NCBI GenBank assembly: GCA_040081625.1 | Contig: JBEBGD010000102.1 | Span: 1 to 19,645, forward strand | Reading direction: 5' to 3' | DNA length: 19,645 nt | Source of the DNA: Chthoniobacteraceae bacterium | GTDB taxonomy: Bacteria > Verrucomicrobiota > Verrucomicrobiia > Chthoniobacterales > Chthoniobacteraceae | In this document: in pieces, positions 1 to 6,605 of the stretch | Position numbering within the stretch: the stretch's first letter is position 1 | Layout: the number at the start of each line of letters is the position of its first letter | Notes under the pieces: model-generated | What the model saw: the letters and a program-made list of their open reading frames with translations, nothing else | Database searches by the model: none | What the model was told of the DNA's origin: nothing | Made by a program: the position numbers and the translations under genes

Positions 1-3000
1 CGCTGGAAGGCGGCGCTTCCCCGCCACGCGAGCAGGAAGAGCCAGCCGACGACGGTGAGCGCGGCGGGCAGCGGGACTTGCGTGAGGCCGATCGCGAGCA
101 ACATCCACGCGGCGGTGTGCAGCGGCGAACGCGCGACGCGCCCGAGCGCAAGCGCGGCGAGCAGCGAGCAGATGAGGATGCCCCAGAATCGCACGGCGGG
201 GCCGCGACGCGGACCATCGGCCCACAAGACCCAGCGGGCGCCGGGCATATTGATCTCGGTGCTGATGTTCGCGCTCTCGACGGGCAGGCGCACCGCTTCC
301 GCCTCGGCGCGGAAGGCGAGGTCGGAATTGATTTTCCAACCGATGCTCACGGTCTGCTCGCCGGGGCGCAGCGGGATGATGAGTTTACTGCCGTCCTTGC
401 GCACGGGGATGGCTTTGCCGTTGTGGGTGAGCGCGGTGATCTCGGCGTCGGCGGGCAGCTCGACGAGGAAGTCTTCGCCGAGACTGCAACGCAGCGAGAG
501 GTCGAGCTTCGAGACGCGCTGCCGTTTGCCGAGCGTGATTTCGTGCGTGCCGCGGCTGACGGTGACGGTCGCGCCGGCGATCGCTTCGGGACGGCTGATC
601 GTGAGATCGACGCTCTCGCCCGGCCACGGCTGCCACGTCGGGATGAGATCGCCACCGGCCGCGATGATGGTGCGATTCATGGTGCTCGGCTGTTGCGCCT
701 CCGCTTCGAAAACGGGCGCGAGTCCGGCGAGCGAGACATTCCACACGGGCGACGCGACGAGGTGCCAGCGCTCGACCCACGCATCGCCGGGGCGCGTGGC
801 GAGCTTCAGCTCGGGCACGACGGCGAGGCCGCTCTCCCACGTGAAGGTCTGCTGCTGCGCGCCGAGCCTCACCTCGATGAAGCCGTCCTTCACGACGGCG
901 TTGGAAGACAGCACGTTCTCGCCGGGCAGCAGCGGCACGCGCAGCGCGACGGCTTTGCCGACGGGTGAGAGGCGCGCGACGGTCGTGCGCACCTGCCAGA
1001 TGAGGCCGAGCTCGAGGCTGCGATCGATCGTGGCGATCGTCTGCACTTCCTGCCGGTCGTAGGTCGCGGCGCCCGCGGCGGCTTTTTGTTTGAGCGCGAA
1101 GAAGACCTGCGCCTCGGGCACGCCGTCGGGCTTCACACCGCTGATCGTCCAGCCCGGCGCGTCGATCTTCACCTGCCGCGGTTTGAGCAGATAGGTCCAC
1201 TCCCACTCGGTCACGTTCGCGAGCATGCCCTCGGCGCGCACGCGGTGCACGCCGGGCTCGAGCACGACCCAGAGGTAGCCGTCCTCGCGGCGCAGCGCGA
1301 CTTGCGGCTTGTCATCGACGAGCACGGTGAGCGGCGACCACGCGGGGAGCTTGCCGGGCAGCGGCACGGCGGTGCGAATCGCGGCGTGGATCTCGGCGTC
1401 GATGACGAGGATGCGGTCGGTGAGCGTGAGCGAGACGGACGGGATGTCGGCGGCGTTCGGGTAGGCGTCGGAGACTTCGAGAAGGCGGTCGCGCAGCGTG
1501 TCGAGCATCTGCTTGTCGGGAAGTTGCGCGTGCGCCGGCGCCGCGAGCAGGAGCAGCAGCGCCGCGGCTATTCCGCTTCCGTGGAAGACCGCGCCGCCGA
1601 GCCTTCGCGCGCCGAGCAGGACACCAGCGAGCGCGAGCAGCAGGACGACGCGGAGAACGGTGAGCGCGCGCTCGATCGCGAGCGGGATGAGCACGGGCTT
1701 GACCTGCTGCGTCGCGGAGACGGGGCCGTTCCAGCCGAAGCTGACCTCGCGCCATTTCCACTCCGGCACGCCGGGGCCGGTCTGGATGCGGGCTTTCGCG
1801 TCGTAGCTGAGGTTGCCTTCGAGCGCGGCTTTCTTCGGAGAGCGCGAGGCGAACACCCCCAGCGAGGAGTATTCATCGGCCTTTCGCTCGGCGCGCGCTT
1901 CCACCGGCGGCGACGCCGGCGCCCGCTGCAGGTCGTCTTCCACCATTTGCACTCCGATCTCGGGCACATTGAAGCGGAGCGCCCCATACGGGCTCACGCG
2001 CTCGAGTTGCGGATACAGCGCCTGCTGCACCTGCCGCGCGACGAAGGGCACGAGCGCGAGGATGAAGCAGCCGACGGCGAGCCATTTTCCGACGGCGAGA
2101 AAGCGCCGGCCCCAGCCTTCCGGCACGACGCGCTGGAGCGCGAGCGGGACGAGCAGGACGAGCCAGAGGTAACGCGGCGCACCGGGTTCGTGATACGCGA
2201 GGCCGAAGGCGAGGAACGCGAGAATGCCCGCGCCGAATCCCCACAGCCGGAAGACGGCGAGCGAGAAGATGAGCAGGAGGAAAAGATCGAGCAGCGTCCA
2301 TGCGGTGAGCCAGTCGCCGCGGACCCAGTCGGCGCCGAAGAGCGCGAAGAGCCGCCAGCCGGGCGGGAGGTTGAGAGTGACGCGGAGTGCGTCGGCGTCG
2401 GAGCGCCAGCCGGTCGCGGGGAGTTCGCGCGCGCGCGCCATACGGCCGGTGGCTTCGAGGTTGAGATTGCGCGTGCGGATTTCCACGCCGGGCGCGGAGT
2501 TCTGCGGGTTGAGGGTGATGAGCTGGCCCTGGCCGCCGCTGCGCACGGAGCCGAGGTCCTGGCCTTCCGCGGCGTCGAGCCGCCAGATCTGCTGCATCGC
2601 GCCGGCGATCTGGTCGCGGAAGGTGAGCGCGCGCCCGTCTTCATCGAGCCACAGCTCACGCGCGATGGTGAGGCCGGCGGGCTTTTGATCGCCCATGCCG
2701 CGCATCCGCTCCTCGATGGCGAGCGCCGCCGCGGTGTCCCAGCGATAGACGGGCAGCTCGCGCCACTTCGCGGGGAAGGTCGTCTGCGACACGTCGATCG
2801 ACGGCGCGCCGGTGATCTCGACGATGCGGAAATCGGGCCGCGCGCGGAAGGCGACGAGTTGCTCGGCGACCGCCGGCTTCGCGCCCTGCGCGTAGCGGAA
2901 GTCCTTCGGGTTATCGAAGCGGAACGCGTCGGCGTGCAGCGTCCACTTGCCCGCACGCACCTGCGCTTTCATCCGCCCGGCGTCGTCGATCGCGACGGGG

Positions 3001-3695
3001 ATCGCGCTCTCGACCGACGCGAGCTTCCAGCCTTCGGGCAGGATCGTGCCGAGATCTTCCTCGCGACTTTTGCCGGAGACGGTCAGCTCGATCTCGGTGC
3101 GCAGCCACAGCGGGATGCCGTCCTCGATCGCGGAGTAGAGTTTCGCGGCGAGGAAATTTTTGTCCGCCTCCTCGGCTGCGCCGTCGCGTTTTAGCCACAG
3201 AAACCCCTGCGCGTCCCACGCGGGCGACTCCACGGCCGCGCCGTCGATGATGAGCGCGAGGATGCCGATCTCGCGCGGGATGGGGAGGCGCTGCGGGATG
3301 TCGTTCCAGCGAAACGCGCCCTCGAGATGAACGGTGCCCGCGCCGAGCCGCACCGCCGGACCGCCGTTGTGCTCGACCACGGTGATGAGCGTGCCGTCCG
3401 CGAGCATATCGACGGGCCACACGTCGCGACTCCCGGGCAGCGGCACCCACGTCTCGGAAAAGACGGTGACCGCGAGATCGAACTTCCCACCGGTCTTCGT
3501 GACCTGCATGCCCATGCGCGACGGCCAGAAGCACAGCGGCTTTTTTGCGTCGGAATACGGCGTCGGGCACCAGCGATGTTTCGCGTCCCAAGTCGCCCAT
3601 TCCTCCCACGGCTTGAGCGCGTCGGGGATGGGCGGCGCGGCGTGCGCGGCGAAGTGGGCGAGCAGCGCGAGGGCGAGGATGAGTGGGCGTTTCAT
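1..3695 (-). CDS. Very large hypothetical multi-pass membrane protein (>=1,231 aa, 3' end outside the window), with signal peptide and two similar halves
   Basis: Absent from the ORF track because no stop falls in the window. Manual translation from ATG 3695 gives MKRPLILALALLAHFAAHA|APPIPDALKPWEEW...; the same frame (codons 3-5, 6-8...) still reads sensibly at the left edge (...GPAVRFWGILICSLLAALALG...VVGWLFLLAWRG). No track ORF lies in this frame, consistent with it being open throughout. Hydrophobic TM clusters occur at about 2310-2040, 1680-1530 and 190-20. An in-frame GTG at 3707 is an alternative start. Confidence 0.9.
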   Translation of the reverse strand, partial: MKRPLILALALLAHFAAHAAPPIPDALKPWEEWATWDAKHRWCPTPYSDAKKPLCFWPSRMGMQVTKTGGKFDLAVTVFSETWVPLPGSRDVWPVDMLADGTLITVVEHNGGPAVRLGAGTVHLEGAFRWNDIPQRLPIPREIGILALIIDGAAVESPAWDAQGFLWLKRDGAAEEADKNFLAAKLYSAIEDGIPLWLRTEIELTVSGKSREEDLGTILPEGWKLASVESAIPVAIDDAGRMKAQVRAGKWTLHADAFRFDNPKDFRYAQGAKPAVAEQLVAFRARPDFRIVEITGAPSIDVSQTTFPAKWRELPVYRWDTAAALAIEERMRGMGDQKPAGLTIARELWLDEDGRALTFRDQIAGAMQQIWRLDAAEGQDLGSVRSGGQGQLITLNPQNSAPGVEIRTRNLNLEATGRMARARELPATGWRSDADALRVTLNLPPGWRLFALFGADWVRGDWLTAWTLLDLFLLLIFSLAVFRLWGFGAGILAFLAFGLAYHEPGAPRYLWLVLLVPLALQRVVPEGWGRRFLAVGKWLAVGCFILALVPFVARQVQQALYPQLERVSPYGALRFNVPEIGVQMVEDDLQRAPASPPVEARAERKADEYSSLGVFASRSPKKAALEGNLSYDAKARIQTGPGVPEWKWREVSFGWNGPVSATQQVKPVLIPLAIERALTVLRVVLLLALAGVLLGARRLGGAVFHGSGIAAALLLLLAAPAHAQLPDKQMLDTLRDRLLEVSDAYPNAADIPSVSLTLTDRILVIDAEIHAAIRTAVPLPGKLPAWSPLTVLVDDKPQVALRREDGYLWVVLEPGVHRVRAEGMLANVTEWEWTYLLKPRQVKIDAPGWTISGVKPDGVPEAQVFFALKQKAAAGAATYDRQEVQTIATIDRSLELGLIWQVRTTVARLSPVGKAVALRVPLLPGENVLSSNAVVKDGFIEVRLGAQQQTFTWESGLAVVPELKLATRPGDAWVERWHLVASPVWNVSLAGLAPVFEAEAQQPSTMNRTIIAAGGDLIPTWQPWPGESVDLTISRPEAIAGATVTVSRGTHEITLGKRQRVSKLDLSLRCSLGEDFLVELPADAEITALTHNGKAIPVRKDGSKLIIPLRPGEQTVSIGWKINSDLAFRAEAEAVRLPVESANISTEINMPGARWVLWADGPRRGPAVRFWGILICSLLAALALGRVARSPLHTAAWMLLAIGLTQVPLPAALTVVGWLFLLAWRGSAAFQ

Positions 3696-3753
3696 GGCGG
3701 GATTCACGGCGCCATTGAACCGCGCGCGGACGCGGAGCGCGAGAGGTTTGCGC

Positions 3754-3844
3754 TGGCGGATGGGGGGGGATTCGAACCCCCGTGGGCTTTTAAGGCCCTA
3801 CACGCTTTCCAGGCGAGCCCGTTAAACCGCTCCGGCACCCATCC
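3754..3844 (-). tRNA. tRNA-Ser (anticodon GGA), long variable arm, CCA encoded
   Basis: Reverse complement: GGATGGG-TG-CCGGAGCGGTTTAACGG-G-CTCGC-CTGGAAA-GCGTG-TAGGGCCTTAAAAGCCCAC-GGGGG-TTCGAAT-CCCCC-CCCATCC-G-CCA. It has a 7-bp acceptor stem, a TTCGAAT T-loop and the G73 discriminator typical of Ser. Confidence 0.97.
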
Positions 3845-3860
3845 GTTTTCAGCACGCGTA

Positions 3861-3887
3861 TGGTGGCCGCGTTTCGACCGCGCGCAA
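3861..3887 (-). promoter_or_regulatory. Putative sigma70-type promoter for tRNA-Ser
   Basis: Minus strand TTGCGC-N16-CACCAT just upstream of the tRNA 5' end; found by eye. Confidence 0.4.
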
Positions 3888-3894
3888 GCGCGCT

Positions 3895-4443
3895 CTAACG
3901 CAACTGCACGTGCCCGTCCGCGTAGAGCACGTTCATGCGCTTGCGCATGCCGACGTCGCTGGCGGCGTGGACGAGATCCCAGTCCTGGCAGAGGCGCACG
4001 CGGCTGAGCTTGGCGGGGAAGGCGCCGCGCGGCGTGAAGATGGTGATGCTGTTGGTCGGCTCGTCTTCGGCGAAGGGCTGCCACATGTAGCTGGTCTTCT
4101 TTTTCTCATACCAGTTCGGGCCGATGACGTCGGTCGGGCACTGGAGGCTTTTCTCCGTGCAGCCGTAACGCTGGAGCGTCTCGAAGATCGGCTTCGCAAG
4201 CGGGTCGTCGCCGAAGGCGGGGTTGTCCGGGTCGATCTCGATCTTCGGGAAGCGGTTGTCGTTATCGTCGGCAGCGCTGCTGGTGAAGATGAAGATGTTC
4301 TTGAGATTCTGCATGCACTTCACCTCGCGACCTTTCTCGATGAAGCCGGACATCGCAGGGATGGCCATGCTCGCGAGCAGGCCGATGATGGCCATGACGC
4401 AGAGCAGTTCGATGAGCGTGAATGCGGCGTTCCGGAGTTTCAT
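3895..4443 (-). CDS. Prepilin-type N-terminal cleavage/methylation domain protein (PVC pseudopilin-like, H-Xn-DG C-terminus)
   Basis: MKLRNAA|FTLIELLCVMAIIGLLASMAIPAM class III signal with Glu+5, followed by the CMQNLKNI helix and a C-terminal H...MNVLYADGHV motif typical of the PVC prepilin-like family. Confidence 0.9.
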   Translation of the reverse strand: MKLRNAAFTLIELLCVMAIIGLLASMAIPAMSGFIEKGREVKCMQNLKNIFIFTSSAADDNDNRFPKIEIDPDNPAFGDDPLAKPIFETLQRYGCTEKSLQCPTDVIGPNWYEKKKTSYMWQPFAEDEPTNSITIFTPRGAFPAKLSRVRLCQDWDLVHAASDVGMRKRMNVLYADGHVQLR

Positions 4444-5537
4444 TTCGCGTCGGTTTGATTGCGGGCGGCTTCTTTTTTCTGGATGTAGCCCTTCGCGCGA
4501 TCGACGCGCTGGTCGGGCGACATCCTCGCCATGTGTTCGCTCATGCGCTGCTCCATGCGCTCCTGCATTCCGGGGTCGCTCATGCGTTCCTCCATTTTCG
4601 CGCGGCGCTCCTCGGGCGGAAGATCGCGCATGCTCTCGAAGAACTGGCGCTGTTTGTCGAACTCGGCCTGCGCGGCGGCGCGCTTGTCGCCGGACAACTT
4701 GTCGATCTCGGCCTGCGCGCGCTGCATGAAGCTCGAGCGCATCCGCTCGCGGTCGGCATCGCTCGGCGCGGGGCGCGGCTGCCCGTCATTATTGCCGCCC
4801 CGATCGCCACCGCGGCGTCCGAAGTCGAAGCGCGGCCCGCCTTCACCACCGGGCGGCGGTCCGCCACCGCCCTCGCCGGGCGGCCCGCCGGCGAGTTCGC
4901 GGCTGCGCCTTTCGAGCATGAAGACTTCGAGCACGCGTCCACCCGCGGCTTTCGCGAGCGCATTCGCGGACTTGTGGATCGGGCCGCTGTCGGGCGCTTT
5001 CTTCACGGGCGGATTCCACGTCTCGGGAAACGCGAACGCGGCATTCACCGAGCGCGCGGCTTGTTCGGCGTAGGCCTGAAACTCCGCCTTCTCTGCGGGT
5101 TTCACATTCCACGGATCGGCGCGGGGGTCGGGCGCGGCGCCGGGTTCCTCGGTGACCGGGATCATGAGCGGATAGAACATCTGCTTCCAGCCTTCGGGCC
5201 GCTGCCCGGCGAGGAAGCCCGCGACCGCGGCGTGCGCGTCGGGCAGCGTCGCGGCGAAAACGTAAGCGAGCCTCCAGCGCGCCTCGGCGACAGTGCCGAA
5301 GGTCTCGAGCGCCTCGGCGAGCGGCACCTTGTCCACGTGCATGCGGATCTTCACGTCGTCGGGCAGATTCGTCTTCAAGACGATGCCGCTCTGCCGCTCG
5401 ATCTCTCTCGCGACCTTCGACGCCGGCCAGTCTTCGCAGTGGATGGTGACGAGTCCGCGCCCGTTCCACCAGTGGTAGGCTCCGGTGGTGACGGCGAAGA
5501 GGAGGACGGTGATGAGCAGCCAGTGCTGACGAGTCAT
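4440..5537 (-). CDS. Hypothetical membrane-anchored protein with STN/secretin-N-like domain, Gly/Pro linker and charged helical C-terminus
   Basis: Start placed at ATG 5537 (MTRQHWLLITVLLFAVTTGAYHWW, an N-terminal TM segment). VTIHCEDWPASKVAREIERQSG...IRMHVDKVPLAEALETF resembles an STN-type beta-alpha-beta module. The stop overlaps the pseudopilin start (ATGA, 4440-4443). Confidence 0.75.
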   Translation of the reverse strand: MTRQHWLLITVLLFAVTTGAYHWWNGRGLVTIHCEDWPASKVAREIERQSGIVLKTNLPDDVKIRMHVDKVPLAEALETFGTVAEARWRLAYVFAATLPDAHAAVAGFLAGQRPEGWKQMFYPLMIPVTEEPGAAPDPRADPWNVKPAEKAEFQAYAEQAARSVNAAFAFPETWNPPVKKAPDSGPIHKSANALAKAAGGRVLEVFMLERRSRELAGGPPGEGGGGPPPGGEGGPRFDFGRRGGDRGGNNDGQPRPAPSDADRERMRSSFMQRAQAEIDKLSGDKRAAAQAEFDKQRQFFESMRDLPPEERRAKMEERMSDPGMQERMEQRMSEHMARMSPDQRVDRAKGYIQKKEAARNQTDAK

Positions 5538-5589
5538 GATGATAATGGGCGCGGAGCGCGTTGCTTCAAACGACAGGCGGCGTCGAAAG

Positions 5590-5619
5590 TTGCGCATCCG
5601 TTTCGCGCCGCGCTAGAGT
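5590..5619 (+). promoter_or_regulatory. Putative promoter giving a leaderless transcript of the FmdB gene
   Basis: TTGCGC (5590-5595)-N18-TAGAGT (5614-5619), then 6 nt to ATG 5626; no Shine-Dalgarno. Confidence 0.5.
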
Positions 5620-5625
5620 GCGCCG

Positions 5626-5871
5626 ATGCCGATCTACGAATACGAGTTGTGCGAGGGCGACTGCAAAGTCTGCGGCGGACGTTTCCAGCTCAGCCGCCCG
5701 GCGAGCCGGCCGCCGCTCGAGAATTGCCCGCTCTGCCGCAAGCCGGTGCGCAAGATCGTCTCGAGCTTCAACACGCCGAAGGTCAGCAAGCCGCTCCCCA
5801 CGAGCGACGCCAAGGCCGCGGGCTTCACAGTCTTTAAGAAGGTCGGCAAAGGCGAATACGAGCGCCAGTGA
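5626..5871 (+). CDS. FmdB family zinc-ribbon protein
   Basis: MPIYEY...CKVCGGRF...CPLC...RKIVS pattern (two CxxC pairs) characteristic of FmdB-type putative regulators; 81 aa. Confidence 0.9.
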   Translation: MPIYEYELCEGDCKVCGGRFQLSRPASRPPLENCPLCRKPVRKIVSSFNTPKVSKPLPTSDAKAAGFTVFKKVGKGEYERQ

Positions 5872-5886
5872 CCGGGGAATGCGGGC

Positions 5887-5930
5887 AAAAAAATTGCGGG
5901 GCCGCCCGCCGAATGGCGGAACGACCCCGC
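5887..5930 (-). terminator. Rho-independent terminator (minus strand)
   Basis: Minus-strand RNA GCGGGGUCGUUCCGCC-AUUC-GGCGGGCGGCCCCGC-AAUUUUUUU: a 15-bp stem with two G-U pairs that form only in this orientation, followed by a U7 tract. Confidence 0.8.
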
Positions 5931-6037
5931 TGTTCCCCCCAGAACGATGAGTAAGACCGCTAGGGCGGGGGTTCGTTAGCGCAAAGTTCAAAAATCTTAC
6001 ACGTCGTTGATTATCTAGGGGTATCACCCCACAGCTC

Positions 6038-6538
6038 TCAGAGTTTCAGCCGTTCGTCCCCGGCCAGCAGTTCCTCGAGGGATGACCAGCCGCCGGTGTC
6101 ATCGAGCGCCTGAAAGGCGTGCAAATAGGCCGCGACGAGCCCCGGATCATGTTTCGCCATCGTCTCATCGATCGCCTTGCCAAGCGTCGCCTTGTCGGGC
6201 GCGGGTGGGAGTTCTTCTATCGTGCCTTTCTCGTCGTGCTTGATACCGAGAGCGTCGAGGAAATCGCACAACAACTCCGCGTGTCCGCCGACAAACCAGA
6301 TCTGCAGCAGGTGCGCGCTGATCGCGTTGTTCTGCGCGCGCCCGAGCATGTCGTTCATCAGCGCATGGCGCTTCGGCATCGGCATTCGCTCGATGAAGAC
6401 CGGGCGGAAATTCCGCTGCTTGGCCAGCGTGTCGATCGTGGCGCGGTAGAGCTTGCGCTCCTGCGCTTGGAGGAAGGCGAAGAACTGCTCCGCGAGCGCG
6501 GGTGAAAGACGGGCGACGATCTCGTGCGGCTGATACAT
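6038..6538 (-). CDS. Hypothetical protein (166 aa, predicted mostly alpha-helical)
   Basis: Start placed at ATG 6538 (MYQPHEIVARLS...), which avoids overlap with rlmN. The composition is protein-like (LLCDFLDALGIKHDEKG, AYLHAF), and a promoter-like motif lies upstream. Confidence 0.8.
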   Translation of the reverse strand: MYQPHEIVARLSPALAEQFFAFLQAQERKLYRATIDTLAKQRNFRPVFIERMPMPKRHALMNDMLGRAQNNAISAHLLQIWFVGGHAELLCDFLDALGIKHDEKGTIEELPPAPDKATLGKAIDETMAKHDPGLVAAYLHAFQALDDTGGWSSLEELLAGDERLKL

Positions 6539-6550
6539 GGAAAGGCGCGC

Positions 6551-6600
6551 AGAGTATGGACGCGACGCGAGCTTGCAAGCGGGCAACCGGCATCGACTTT
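6551..6600. promoter_or_regulatory. Putative back-to-back divergent promoters sharing a palindromic -35 (GCTTGCAAGC)
   Basis: Perfect palindrome at 6571-6580 containing TTGCAA on both strands. Minus: N16-TACTCT (6556-6551). Plus: N16-GACTTT (6595-6600), 5 nt before the rlmN ATG. Confidence 0.45.
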
Positions 6601-6605
6601 GCCCG

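Noticed and set aside
55..3194. Long plus-strand ORFs 55..1062, 78..968 and 1086..3194
   Set aside because: Antisense shadows of the real minus-strand giant ORF. They are low-complexity Arg/Ala/Gly/Ser-rich translations without motifs, as expected in high-GC DNA.
3754..3844. tRNA as the integration site of a genomic island
   Set aside because: No integrase in the window, no duplicated tRNA 3' end seen, and no obvious compositional break on either side.
5538..5597. Upstream extensions given by the ORF track (starts 5597, 6640, 6537, 8576, 9676, 12352)
   Set aside because: They overlap neighbouring genes or promoter motifs and add non-homologous sequence. Downstream starts 5537, 6538, 6606, 8276, 9280 and 12862 fit family N-termini and coupling better.
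5566..6027. Minus-strand 153-aa ORF across the FmdB gene and intergenic region
   Set aside because: It is antisense to a clear FmdB gene, runs through a strong terminator on its own strand and shows no recognisable motif.
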